From NCBI GenBank assembly GCA_036339465.1, contig JAYZAY010000078.1, positions 6,021 to 70,020 on the forward strand: a stretch of 64,000 nt of DNA, in the 5' to 3' direction. The position numbers and the translations under genes are program-made. The notes beneath the pieces were generated by a model, which saw only the letters and a program-made list of their open reading frames with translations, was not told where the DNA came from and did no database searches. This stretch comes from Myxococcota bacterium. Its GTDB lineage: Bacteria > Myxococcota > XYA12-FULL-58-9 > JABJBS01. Of this stretch, positions 50,582 through 60,198 are shown piece after piece (position 1 is the first letter of the stretch; every line of letters begins with the position of its first letter).

Positions 50582-50998
50582 TCACCGTGTTCCTCTCTCT
50601 TCTAAATAGGAATCAACCGCCTCCCTGACAACTTCATTAACATCCCGCTTTTCTTGAGTTGCTTTCTTCTTGAGGAATTTTATCTGCTCAGGGCGTAGAA
50701 AATAAACAGCATACTCATAAGTTCCGTAAGGTGCCTTTCCCCCAGAAACAATCGCAACATCGCCAGTTAAACGATTGATCTTATAGGTTTCTCGTAGACT
50801 ACCTCCTAACTCATAGCGAGTACCCCAAAGAAAAAGGCCAATCGCACCAAAAAACAACACAGCAATGGTTATACCCCTAAAAAAACCAGACAACTGGCCG
50901 AAAGCAGCTCCAAGCTTAACGCCCCCCCTTGAGGAAGGGACATCTTTAACCTCTACTGCCTCATCATCTTCATCAAAGTCGTCGCGCTCGTCAACCAT
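50582..50998 (-). CDS. Single-pass membrane protein with C-terminal ribbon-helix-helix-like domain
   Basis: Acidic N-terminus, TM GITIAVLFFGAIGLFLWG, C-terminal YFLRPEQIKFLKKKATQEKRDVNEVVREAVDSYL. Confidence 0.65.
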   Translation of the reverse strand: MVDERDDFDEDDEAVEVKDVPSSRGGVKLGAAFGQLSGFFRGITIAVLFFGAIGLFLWGTRYELGGSLRETYKINRLTGDVAIVSGGKAPYGTYEYAVYFLRPEQIKFLKKKATQEKRDVNEVVREAVDSYLEERGTR

Positions 50999-51080
50999 TA
51001 CGCCACCGTCTGGTTACATTTTACCAACAATAAGTAAATCCTAGCGTTTTTTGGAGGCAGTGGCGAATTCTATGTAACTT

Positions 51081-51866
51081 TCATTCATACGAATTGATTT
51101 TAACAGGCTCTTGCAACCAAGCCCTTGTCACTCGTCGGACTTTTTCTAGCGCATCCAAACCTCGCCGCAGATGAAATGGACCCACTTTGGGAAGTTTTGG
51201 CAAAGCCAATATCTCACTCTTGTTTCTCAAATCAGTGGGATCCATACTCTGTCTGGATTTAAACTTCGACCATGGACTTTGCTGAGGCAAGTAGTGCAAA
51301 ACCCTTAGCTGACCCTCTTGAGTACCCGTTATTGCTGCCCTGTCGCGAATTCCACCATCTAAATACAACCGCCAACCAATACGAACTGGCCGGAACATGA
51401 GCGGTAAAGCACACGAGGCACGAATGGCATCCGCAACAATTCCCTTAGAAATCAGTCTCGTTTTCCTGGATACCAAATCAAAAACAACCGAATGAAAAGG
51501 AATCACACATTCATAAAAATAATGTACATTGCGCCGCGCGAGTAGCTCATCCAAATAACGCGCAAAACGTTCTCCCTTTAATAACCCACCCACTGGAAAT
51601 CCCAAATCCCAAAAATCTCTTCGCCTTAGCCCTCGTAACTCCGCTTCAATTTCGTGAGCACTTATCCCACTGGCCCACAGTCCGCCCGCCAAAGAGCCTG
51701 CGCTGGCACCAATGAGCGAACTGGGCACCACATCCTGCTCTTCGAGCGCGAAAAGAAAACCAGTGTGCGCATAAAATCCAAAAAATCCGGCCGAAAGAGA
51801 GAGCGTAAATGGTCTCTCTCTTAATAATTCACCGCGGGTTAAGGTAATACGTGCCCGTTTCTCCAA
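51081..51866 (-). CDS. Patatin-like phospholipase
   Basis: GFFGFYAHTG, GASAG, ASCALP..F, DGG; GGAGG before TTG 51866. Confidence 0.9.
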   Translation of the reverse strand: MEKRARITLTRGELLRERPFTLSLSAGFFGFYAHTGFLFALEEQDVVPSSLIGASAGSLAGGLWASGISAHEIEAELRGLRRRDFWDLGFPVGGLLKGERFARYLDELLARRNVHYFYECVIPFHSVVFDLVSRKTRLISKGIVADAIRASCALPLMFRPVRIGWRLYLDGGIRDRAAITGTQEGQLRVLHYLPQQSPWSKFKSRQSMDPTDLRNKSEILALPKLPKVGPFHLRRGLDALEKVRRVTRAWLQEPVKINSYE

Positions 51867-51921
51867 GATATTCCTCCCAAAAGTCCTACGGTGAATCGGT
51901 AGCCATAAAAAAAACGATTCC

Positions 51922-52677
51922 TCAAGTAAATGGCATAGAAAGTTGACCACCATCGAGGTCAAGGATCGCTCCTGTCACCCACTCGCTTTCCAAGAGAAAC
52001 TTCACCAAAGGAAATACGTCTTCAGGACTACCCACTCGCCCCAGAGGTATTTGCTTACCTAAAGCAGAAACCTCCTCATTGGTCATACCACTAGACCCTT
52101 CTCGGGGTCGTCTTAGCATCGGAGTATCAACCGGCCCCAAACGAATACCGTTAACCCTCAATCCCTTGCCCGCTGCCAACGATGAAATAGATCGAATCGC
52201 CATTTCCAGCCCTGCTTTGGCGATACTGTAGATGGGACTGCTTTCTATGGCGCGTACCGCCAAAGTCGATGAAAAGAGCACCACAGAACCTGGGGTATTC
52301 ATGGACGCCAGTGCTGCCTGAAGTAGTAATACCGGTGCGACCAAATCGACCTCTAATTGCAGACGAACGCTCTCAAGCCTAAACTCATCCCATGCCCCAT
52401 GCTCAATGATCCCTGCGGCATGAACCCAGTGGTCAATCGATTCACCGTCGGCCTGCAACCGAGGAAATAACGCCGTAACTTCATCTGATAAAGACAAGTC
52501 ACAATGATAGCTCGCTAACCTTTTCCCATATTTCGACTCGAGCTCCTTCAATTGATGGAACTTACGCCCGACAACCAAAACCCTACATCCCTCAGACAAG
52601 AAATTCTCACAACAAACCAGCCCGATACCCGAAGTACCGCCCGTTAAAAGAATGGTTGGAGTTCCGTTTACAGACAT
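51922..52677 (-). CDS. Short-chain dehydrogenase/reductase
   Basis: TGGTSGIG, YSIAK, RVNGI..GPVDT, DGG. Confidence 0.9.
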   Translation of the reverse strand: MSVNGTPTILLTGGTSGIGLVCCENFLSEGCRVLVVGRKFHQLKELESKYGKRLASYHCDLSLSDEVTALFPRLQADGESIDHWVHAAGIIEHGAWDEFRLESVRLQLEVDLVAPVLLLQAALASMNTPGSVVLFSSTLAVRAIESSPIYSIAKAGLEMAIRSISSLAAGKGLRVNGIRLGPVDTPMLRRPREGSSGMTNEEVSALGKQIPLGRVGSPEDVFPLVKFLLESEWVTGAILDLDGGQLSMPFT

Positions 52678-52678
52678 A

Positions 52679-53434
52679 TCATGACTCCGCGGGGTAATAA
52701 GTCCGAACTCTGATTAATTCTAAATCTCTCGGGGAAATATCAGTCGCAATTTCATCTTTACGAATAAATTTGGGCCGATCAACACAAAGGATGGTGCACT
52801 CTTCAGTCGAAGTATTTTGATAAGTATGAGGAAAGCCACGGGGCCAAAACCGACCTTCTCCAGGTAGAGCTGGGTGACCTTGCACCAAAAGCCCCGCCCC
52901 TAAAGTAAGTTCCGCTTCATCCATCTCTTTATGGTAGTGCACGGGAATTTCAGCGCCTGGGGCTACCCTCAAACGATAAACCCCCACTTTCTTTGTCTCA
53001 AAAATCACATCGACAAACCCAAATATGGCTTCCTCAATCTCAAATTCATAATCTTGCACTTCTCGGTAAATCTCTATCGACGGTTTAGCCCTACCGTCCA
53101 ACGCTTCTGGTTTTGAAATATCTAAAGACACAGCTTGAACCTGAACTCGTGCACAATCAGCAGTAGGCGGCGCCAACACGTAACGTGCTATCCCTTCAGC
53201 TGCTTCCTCCAATAAATCGAATCGAGATGCCTCCAAAAGAAAACGAAGTTCACCACTCAACCGAGCATAATCAACTGTGTAGTTTATCCCCCCCAAAGCC
53301 GCTTCCCGAATGTCTACTGAAAGAGCAATATTCAAAACAACTTTTTGTTTACGAACTCGCTCGGAAGGGTAAATTCCAACCATACACGCCACAGTCAAAT
53401 CTCGAATATGGATGGTGTCGGCCGATCGCGTCAT
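52679..53434 (-). CDS. folB: Dihydroneopterin aldolase fused to a C-terminal cupin domain
   Basis: VGIYPSER..KQ, TVDY, FDLLEE, ISKP; then IPVHYHKEMDE...PHTYQN cupin motifs. Confidence 0.85.
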   Translation of the reverse strand: MTRSADTIHIRDLTVACMVGIYPSERVRKQKVVLNIALSVDIREAALGGINYTVDYARLSGELRFLLEASRFDLLEEAAEGIARYVLAPPTADCARVQVQAVSLDISKPEALDGRAKPSIEIYREVQDYEFEIEEAIFGFVDVIFETKKVGVYRLRVAPGAEIPVHYHKEMDEAELTLGAGLLVQGHPALPGEGRFWPRGFPHTYQNTSTEECTILCVDRPKFIRKDEIATDISPRDLELIRVRTYYPAES

Positions 53435-54153
53435 GTAATGGAACTCCCGCCATCAACGTTAATTCTCTGCCCATGAATAAAATCGCCCTCTCGAACCAAA
53501 TAAAGAGCCAACTTTGCAATATCCTCAACACAACCGGTGCGCTTCAACGGTATGGTTTGTTTAATCGCCTCTTGTTCTGGCGGGGTAAAATTCTCAGGAA
53601 AAGCCACGGTGCCTGGGCCAATTCCATTCACTCGAACCTTCGGGGCCAACTCAAGAGCCATCAATTTCGTAAACATATCCAAGGCAGCTTTACTCATAAA
53701 GTAGTGGGAATATTTCTCATACGGATTATCTAAAGCCCCATCTGTTATATTCAAAATCACGGGTGCTTGGGATTTTTCCAAAAGGGGCAATAAACCTTGG
53801 CAGAGGAAAAACGGCGCCTCTACATTCACCTGAAACATTTCCCTCAAATCCGTATGACTAATGTCTGTAAAACCCTTTCGCCTATACAAACCCGCATTGT
53901 TTACCAAAACATCCAGCTCAGATGAGACCTTCATTGTCTCGGTTACAAGTGTTCGAACCCCTACATCCGTGGATAAATCCGCGACCACCAAAAATGCGGT
54001 GCTCCCGCAATTGCGACAGAACTCAGCCACCGACTGGCCGCTCTCTAAGGAATGATTAACATGGAGAACGAGGTCATATTTCTCCCGAGCAAAGGCCTCG
54101 GCAATAGCCTTACCGACACGTACACCTGCGCCCGTTATCAGTGCCATCGGCAT
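53431..54153 (-). CDS. Pteridine reductase-like SDR (FolM/PTR1 type)
   Basis: TGAGVRVG (Arg in the Gly-rich loop), NITD, YFMSK, LELAPKVRVNGIGPG; adjacent to folB. Confidence 0.85.
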   Translation of the reverse strand: MPMALITGAGVRVGKAIAEAFAREKYDLVLHVNHSLESGQSVAEFCRNCGSTAFLVVADLSTDVGVRTLVTETMKVSSELDVLVNNAGLYRRKGFTDISHTDLREMFQVNVEAPFFLCQGLLPLLEKSQAPVILNITDGALDNPYEKYSHYFMSKAALDMFTKLMALELAPKVRVNGIGPGTVAFPENFTPPEQEAIKQTIPLKRTGCVEDIAKLALYLVREGDFIHGQRINVDGGSSIT

Positions 54154-54184
54154 GGTAAATCACCTCGTCTCATTATACGCGAAA

Positions 54185-55630
54185 TCAACACTCGGCCCAA
54201 AGTTCAGCCATCCAAGCTTCCACTTCGTCAGAATCACGAGGCACGTCGGTCAAAACCTCAAAACCCGTTTTTGTCACCAAAACGTCATCTTCAATGCGGA
54301 CCCCAATACCTCGATATTTCCTAGGCACTGTTAAATCATCCTTCTGAAAATACAGCCCTGGTTCAATGGTTAGAACCATACCCGGCTCCAATAATCCTTT
54401 TCGGTAACGTTGCGGAGAGGCCCACGAACAATCGTGCACATCCATTCCCAACATGTGGGATACCCCATGCAAAGTAAATCGCTTGAAAAATTGATTTTCG
54501 GAATGCATGGCTTCTTCAGCCGTCCCCGGTAGTAGCTTCAATTTCTCCAACCCCTCTGCCAAAACTGCCATGGCGGCCCAATGCGGAGCCAAGAATGAAG
54601 CACCGGGTTTAACTGCTTCGATGGCTGCTTTCTGCGAAGCGCGCACTAAGTCGTAAATGACTTTTTGAACTGGGGAATATTTCCCACTGATCGGAAGAGT
54701 CCTCGTGACATCGGCGGTATAGAGATGTTGCCCCTCTATACCTGCATCCAAAAGCAATAAGTCCTTCTGACTTAACAAACTGTCATTTCGACCCCAATGC
54801 AATATGCAGGCATTTGCCCCACCGGCAGCGATGACATTATATCCAACATCATTACCATCGATCCGAGCCCTAGCCACAAATGCCGCCTCAACTTCTCTTT
54901 CCGTTTTAGCATCTTTCAAGCATCGAACCACATCATCAAAACCCCGACGCGTCATTTTACAAGCGTCTTTGAGTAAACCTATTTCAAATCGGGATTTAAT
55001 CAGGCGCATCTCGGAAATTGCGCTCATCAATTCTAAATTTTTCTTATGTTGCTTTGGTAAGACACCCTCTACAAGAGACGAAGCACCTTCTACCAATCGG
55101 AACGCATGTTTACCGAGTCTAATTGACCGTAGATATTCCGGTAGATCCGCTAAATTCCGACACGCATCAACCTGGAAACGATGTAGACTCTCCTTAATGC
55201 CCAAACGCGGGCCCACCCACAACTCCCCCTTGTGGCGATCGGTAAAGAAAGTCGGTTCACTCCGCCCGGGGTTCGGTTCAACAAAAAGGATATGCTTATG
55301 CCTCCTTCCCGCTGGCTCCATCACTAAAACACAATCTGCCTCTGCATTACCCGTCAAATAGAAGAAGTCGGTACCTGGCCGGAAACGAAAATGAGTGTCA
55401 TTCGCCCGAACCTTCTCGTGTCCCGTAGGAACAATAAGATACTCTCCCTCAAATTCTTTCCCTAAGGTCGTCCGACGAAGGTCATAATGCTGAGCACCCC
55501 TTATCTTCTTGGGCATTTTTGGCATTTCGTTTTTCCAGCCTTGGAGCATAAAATCCACAAATGCTGGGGGATAAGGCTGATCGTGGGCCACCTTAGACTT
55601 TTTCTTTGTCGTATTCTTTGTCGCTGTCAT
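54185..55630 (-). CDS. pepP: Xaa-Pro aminopeptidase (M24B)
   Basis: LLDAG, ADVTRT, HMLGMDVHD, TIEPGLY, GVRIEDD. Confidence 0.95.
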   Translation of the reverse strand: MTATKNTTKKKSKVAHDQPYPPAFVDFMLQGWKNEMPKMPKKIRGAQHYDLRRTTLGKEFEGEYLIVPTGHEKVRANDTHFRFRPGTDFFYLTGNAEADCVLVMEPAGRRHKHILFVEPNPGRSEPTFFTDRHKGELWVGPRLGIKESLHRFQVDACRNLADLPEYLRSIRLGKHAFRLVEGASSLVEGVLPKQHKKNLELMSAISEMRLIKSRFEIGLLKDACKMTRRGFDDVVRCLKDAKTEREVEAAFVARARIDGNDVGYNVIAAGGANACILHWGRNDSLLSQKDLLLLDAGIEGQHLYTADVTRTLPISGKYSPVQKVIYDLVRASQKAAIEAVKPGASFLAPHWAAMAVLAEGLEKLKLLPGTAEEAMHSENQFFKRFTLHGVSHMLGMDVHDCSWASPQRYRKGLLEPGMVLTIEPGLYFQKDDLTVPRKYRGIGVRIEDDVLVTKTGFEVLTDVPRDSDEVEAWMAELWAEC

Positions 55631-55863
55631 GAAAACGTTGTTAGCAGCGACCACGCGGAGTCGCAACACATAGTCTTCAGCACTTCTACAAAGCCCAAAA
55701 TAACATCAACAACTCCTTGTGCCCCCTCACGGCCGCCTTCCAAAACCGTGCCTACAGCTCCAATTCGTCGTAACCTTCCACGAAAACCTCGGGCATAGGC
55801 TCACGAAAGGACAAAAATCACCACACTTGCAATAAAGGGCCGCACAACTCATAGATTGTAACC

Positions 55864-57129
55864 ATGCTCGCATACTTCATCATACTTGGAATCATCGCGA
55901 ATCCTCCCACAAAATTCGAGTATGTCTTGGAAGCAGAAATCGCATTGACATCCGATCAGCCGCACCTCGCTATCCAAGCACTAGAAAAAGCACTAGAAAC
56001 CGACTCAGAGGATATCGATATCCTCGCCGCTTTGGCGACCCTCTATTTTCAGGCCCAGAAATTTGAACGTGCGGAAGAATTGTTTGCCACGTTACTTCAA
56101 TTCGACCCTTACGACGATGAAAGCAGAATCCTCTATACCAAAACACTCGGCCATCAGCATAAAATCGAAGAAGCTATGGGCGAACAAAGGAAGCTGGAAA
56201 AACGCCACCCAGAACTAACAGAACTCGTTGCCCTAAGAAAAAATCTTGAATCCAATAGCTTGGCCCCAACCTATCCTCGAACTTGGACCCCGTTTACAGC
56301 AATCCGCGCCACCACAGGCTTCGATTCAAATTATGGGCTACTCCCCTCTCTAACCTCCGTTAACAGTCTTGGTTTTCACCAAGCGATACCCATGACGCTT
56401 GAATTCACCGGAGGGATATCCGTTCGAGGCTTTCGTGATTCAACTGCGCTCTTTGGCTACATAAGCACTCAACACAGTGCCCAGAACTTCTCCGTGTTTG
56501 AAGAAATTATGCCAAACACCCTCGGCCTCATCGGAACAACGCAATGGTCACTGGGGACGGTCTCACTCGCTGGCATTTTCGGTTTTGAGGAACTCTTTAC
56601 CAAGCACTTCACAAAGCACTATCAACGCAGCACCTGGCTGGAAGCAGCCGTTGAATATCATGTTCAAACCAAAACAAAGCTGTTCACGAAAATCCAATCC
56701 TCACTCCGCAAAGCAGTTGATAGACCCCTCGATCCACTCTTTGATTTTTCCGTAGGTTACGAGCAAATGCTCTCGCCCTGCACCCTCACCCTAGAAAGCT
56801 ATTTTAAACAATCATTCGGCCAATCAGCCGACAGCACCGTCCTGAGTTACGCCGATTCCGGATACCAAGAGCTCGGTGCACGTCTCGGGTTAAAGACAAA
56901 ACTCCCATTCAATCTCAACAACCACACCCGTGTTGAATACTCCGCCAAAACCTTCGACGTGGAACTCGACGAAGCACTCTGGGGCCTGGAAGACCGACTC
57001 AATTGGGAGAAAGATTGGGGAACCCTATTTCTGACTTATCGATTTACGATTAATTATTCCGCCCATGAAACTCGAGACTATGAGCGGCATCAAATACAAG
57101 CAGGAATCCAGCTATGGTACACCATGTAA
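55864..57129 (+). CDS. TPR-containing protein with C-terminal outer-membrane beta-barrel
   Basis: N-terminal TPR helices, GFDSN barrel-start motif, terminal strand Y.RHQIQAGIQLWY. Confidence 0.7.
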   Translation: MLAYFIILGIIANPPTKFEYVLEAEIALTSDQPHLAIQALEKALETDSEDIDILAALATLYFQAQKFERAEELFATLLQFDPYDDESRILYTKTLGHQHKIEEAMGEQRKLEKRHPELTELVALRKNLESNSLAPTYPRTWTPFTAIRATTGFDSNYGLLPSLTSVNSLGFHQAIPMTLEFTGGISVRGFRDSTALFGYISTQHSAQNFSVFEEIMPNTLGLIGTTQWSLGTVSLAGIFGFEELFTKHFTKHYQRSTWLEAAVEYHVQTKTKLFTKIQSSLRKAVDRPLDPLFDFSVGYEQMLSPCTLTLESYFKQSFGQSADSTVLSYADSGYQELGARLGLKTKLPFNLNNHTRVEYSAKTFDVELDEALWGLEDRLNWEKDWGTLFLTYRFTINYSAHETRDYERHQIQAGIQLWYTM

Positions 57130-57917
57130 TATTCGTAGCCATCTCAAGCCTCCATATACCCCTCGGAAACCCTGCAACTCTTTTGTCCGCAGTCGGTGAT
57201 GTCACAATCAGTCATGCCAATCATTCAGGCCAAGTAAGTAGATTCATGAAAATTCCACAGGATGCATTTCTAGAAACCGGAAAAGCATCCACTGCTTCCT
57301 TGCGACTATACAGCGGCTCACTCATTCGAATGGCCCCACATACCAAACTTCAACTCAAACAGCTCAAGCATGGGAAAATCGCAGGCAAACGACGAGAAAG
57401 CTTTAAGCTAATCATTGGAAGCATTTGGGCCAAAGCAATGAAATTGACCGGAAATGAATCATCATTCGAAATCGCCACACAACACGCTGTTGCCGGCATT
57501 AGGGGAACAGCTTTCGAAGTAACAACCTCACTTGAAGGGGATTCCTATTCTGTGTCAGAGGGAAGCATTGAGATTACTCGAAAAGATATACAATCCAGGC
57601 CTATCCAACTTTCCGCAGGGGATCAGTTACAATTTTTGAAACAGGCCGCCACTTCAAGACGAGGTATTTCCCTAGCTTCATCACGCCAACTCAAATCGAA
57701 ATACGGCAACGCCGCCAATATTCAAGACACACTTCAAACCGAATCGAAATCTGAAGTCTGGGCAAAAAAACGACGACTTGAGAAACTCAAAAAGATGAGG
57801 AAAAAGACCACCTCGCCGAGTACGAACGACGATTCCAACCTAGACTCTAATATTAGGAGTCGCATCGAAGACAACATCGCCAAGCTCAAAGTAAATCTTA
57901 TACTTCCGTCCGATTAG
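57114..57917 (+). CDS. FecR-domain protein
   Basis: LETGKAS, GSLIRM, FEIAT..AVAGIRGTAF, VSEGSIEI. Confidence 0.88.
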   Translation: MVHHVIFVAISSLHIPLGNPATLLSAVGDVTISHANHSGQVSRFMKIPQDAFLETGKASTASLRLYSGSLIRMAPHTKLQLKQLKHGKIAGKRRESFKLIIGSIWAKAMKLTGNESSFEIATQHAVAGIRGTAFEVTTSLEGDSYSVSEGSIEITRKDIQSRPIQLSAGDQLQFLKQAATSRRGISLASSRQLKSKYGNAANIQDTLQTESKSEVWAKKRRLEKLKKMRKKTTSPSTNDDSNLDSNIRSRIEDNIAKLKVNLILPSD

Positions 57918-58401
57918 TCGGATCTTTGTCCCTTTCATCTAGCGTCGCGTCGACAACCCTAGAAGCTGACTGCTGGCGGTGGACGCTTGGATCAGACCAG
58001 TTATTATTTCCATAGCTTTGTACCACAACATTACCGGTTTTAATTCTCTCCACAATATAGGCCCCAAGCCAACTAGAAATAACGTTTCGAGTAGGTGGTA
58101 TAACCAAGAGAAAGCCCACCACATCTGTTAAGATGCCCGGGGTCAGTAAAAGAGCGCCCCCCATAAAAATAGCGAGTCCATTCATGATTGAACCCGTGGG
58201 CACCTGCCCCCCCTGAAATTGCTTGACGGCTGTCAAAAAAACGCGGCTTCCTTCGTGTCTTGCTAGCGCGGCTCCTAAAACACCCGTAACAAAAATAAGC
58301 CCGATGGTCGAAGCGAGACCGACCATTTCTCCAAGTCGAATCAAAATCGCCAATTCCAACAAGGGCACGGTAATGAAGAGCAAAGCTAATATTCTGAACA
58401 A
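57898..58401 (-). CDS. fxsA: FxsA-family membrane protein
   Basis: VPLLEL, GGALLLTPGILTDVVG. Confidence 0.92.
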   Translation of the reverse strand: MFRILALLFITVPLLELAILIRLGEMVGLASTIGLIFVTGVLGAALARHEGSRVFLTAVKQFQGGQVPTGSIMNGLAIFMGGALLLTPGILTDVVGFLLVIPPTRNVISSWLGAYIVERIKTGNVVVQSYGNNNWSDPSVHRQQSASRVVDATLDERDKDPTNRTEV

Positions 58402-58507
58402 CGAACGACTCCTAACGAGAAAATAATGCGACGTTATATGATGTCAATAGGAATGAAGATCAACACATTGAGTTTCGACCCAAGAGCCCCTAAACTAGGT
58501 TTATACA

Positions 58508-60187
58508 ATGACCTATGATTTACATGATCTAAACCTACCTCGTTTAACGGGCTTTCAACTCAAACTCGCAGCGAAGGCCATCAGAAATCCATTGATTGCC
58601 CCGATCCTCGGACCCATTCTCCTCAATAATCTAGGATTTAGTAGACTCAAACGGTTTCACTCCAAGCTAACACCTCGCCTACTGCCACTTCACCCCCACC
58701 CAATAGAGCGCCAAGAGGCAAAAACAGACTCAAGCCCCGAATCCCAAGCCCCTCAAAAAGAAACATCCGAATTCCAATTTAGGGAGGCAAGGGATTTTAC
58801 TCGCGCCTATAAAGAAAGGATTTTTCAACCCTCAACAATCGCTGAACGTATCATCAACACAATTCAGAAGTGGGAACGCGAAGAAGACTCCTTCGTCGCT
58901 CTCTCGCAATTTGCTCAAGAAGATATATTACAACAAGCAAAAAGTTCTACCCAAAGATGGCAAGCAGGGACTCCCCTAAGCCCCCTAGACGGTGTTCCAA
59001 TAAGCGTGAAAGAAGAATTGGACCTGCTACCATACGCAACCAATGTGGGCACCTGGATATATCGACGCAATTACCCCACCACCGATGCAACGGTGGTCGC
59101 ACGATTACGAAAAGCGGGAGCACTGTTGATCGGCAAAGCGGTGATGCATGAGATCGGTATTGGCGTCACAGGCTTTAATACTCACTATGGAATGCCCCAA
59201 AACCCCTACCAACTCCGCAGCTATCCGGGAGGCTCATCCTCAGGTTCGGCCGTCTCCGTAGCCAGCGGCCTGTGCCCAATTTCTATCGGTGCCGATGGAG
59301 GCGGTTCCATTCGAATCCCCGCATCCTTTTGTGGTGTCTATGGACTCAAGGCAACATTTGGTCGAATTAGTGAAGCGGGAGCCGCACCTCTATGCTGGTC
59401 AGTCGCACACGTGGGACCCATTGCCAACTCCATCCGAGATCTCGCCCTCTCATACCAAACCATCGCAGGCCCAGACTCCCGTGATCCCAATTCTCAAAAT
59501 CAACCCGCCCCCGATCTACCTAGACGAGAAAGTAAAGACTTATCTGGTACGGTTATTGGTATCCACCGCGACTGGTTTGAACATTCTGATTCCGAAATCG
59601 TACAGGCATGCCAACATGCAGTAGACCACCTTGTTCGTTTAGGCGCATCAGTGAAGCCAATTACAGTGGAATATCTGGAGGAAAGCCGACTGGCCCACGC
59701 GGTCACCATCGCATCGGAAATGTTGACATCCATGTCACATGCCTTTCCCTCACAAGCCCATGAGTTCGGTTTAGATGTTCAGATGAATCTTGGCCTCGCG
59801 TCCGCATTTCAGAGCAGCGACTATTTAAAAGCGCAACAAATCCGAGCACAAGCCATTCAAAACCTGGAGCAAATTTTTCTAGAAGTGGATGTCATCGCCA
59901 CACCAACCACAGCATGTACATCCCCCTTCATTCCAGAAGACGCACTGCCCCACGGCGAAAGCGACCTGACCGTCCTCACTCGGATCATGCGATACGCTTT
60001 TCTAGCGAACCTTACCGGAATCCCCGGCCTAAGTGCCCCCGTGGGCTATGACCACTGGGGAAAACCAATCGGATTACAACTTATGGGAAGACCATGGCAA
60101 GAATCGATGTTGATACGATTTGGACATGCTTTGCAAGAATACCACGGTTTCAAAAGGCCCCAGCGCTACGTGGACCTACTCGTTTAA
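58508..60187 (+). CDS. Amidase-signature enzyme, fatty-acid amide hydrolase-like
   Basis: LDGVPISVKE, PGGSSSGS, GADGGGSIRIPA. Confidence 0.93.
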   Translation: MTYDLHDLNLPRLTGFQLKLAAKAIRNPLIAPILGPILLNNLGFSRLKRFHSKLTPRLLPLHPHPIERQEAKTDSSPESQAPQKETSEFQFREARDFTRAYKERIFQPSTIAERIINTIQKWEREEDSFVALSQFAQEDILQQAKSSTQRWQAGTPLSPLDGVPISVKEELDLLPYATNVGTWIYRRNYPTTDATVVARLRKAGALLIGKAVMHEIGIGVTGFNTHYGMPQNPYQLRSYPGGSSSGSAVSVASGLCPISIGADGGGSIRIPASFCGVYGLKATFGRISEAGAAPLCWSVAHVGPIANSIRDLALSYQTIAGPDSRDPNSQNQPAPDLPRRESKDLSGTVIGIHRDWFEHSDSEIVQACQHAVDHLVRLGASVKPITVEYLEESRLAHAVTIASEMLTSMSHAFPSQAHEFGLDVQMNLGLASAFQSSDYLKAQQIRAQAIQNLEQIFLEVDVIATPTTACTSPFIPEDALPHGESDLTVLTRIMRYAFLANLTGIPGLSAPVGYDHWGKPIGLQLMGRPWQESMLIRFGHALQEYHGFKRPQRYVDLLV

Positions 60188-60198
60188 TAAAACCCTGC

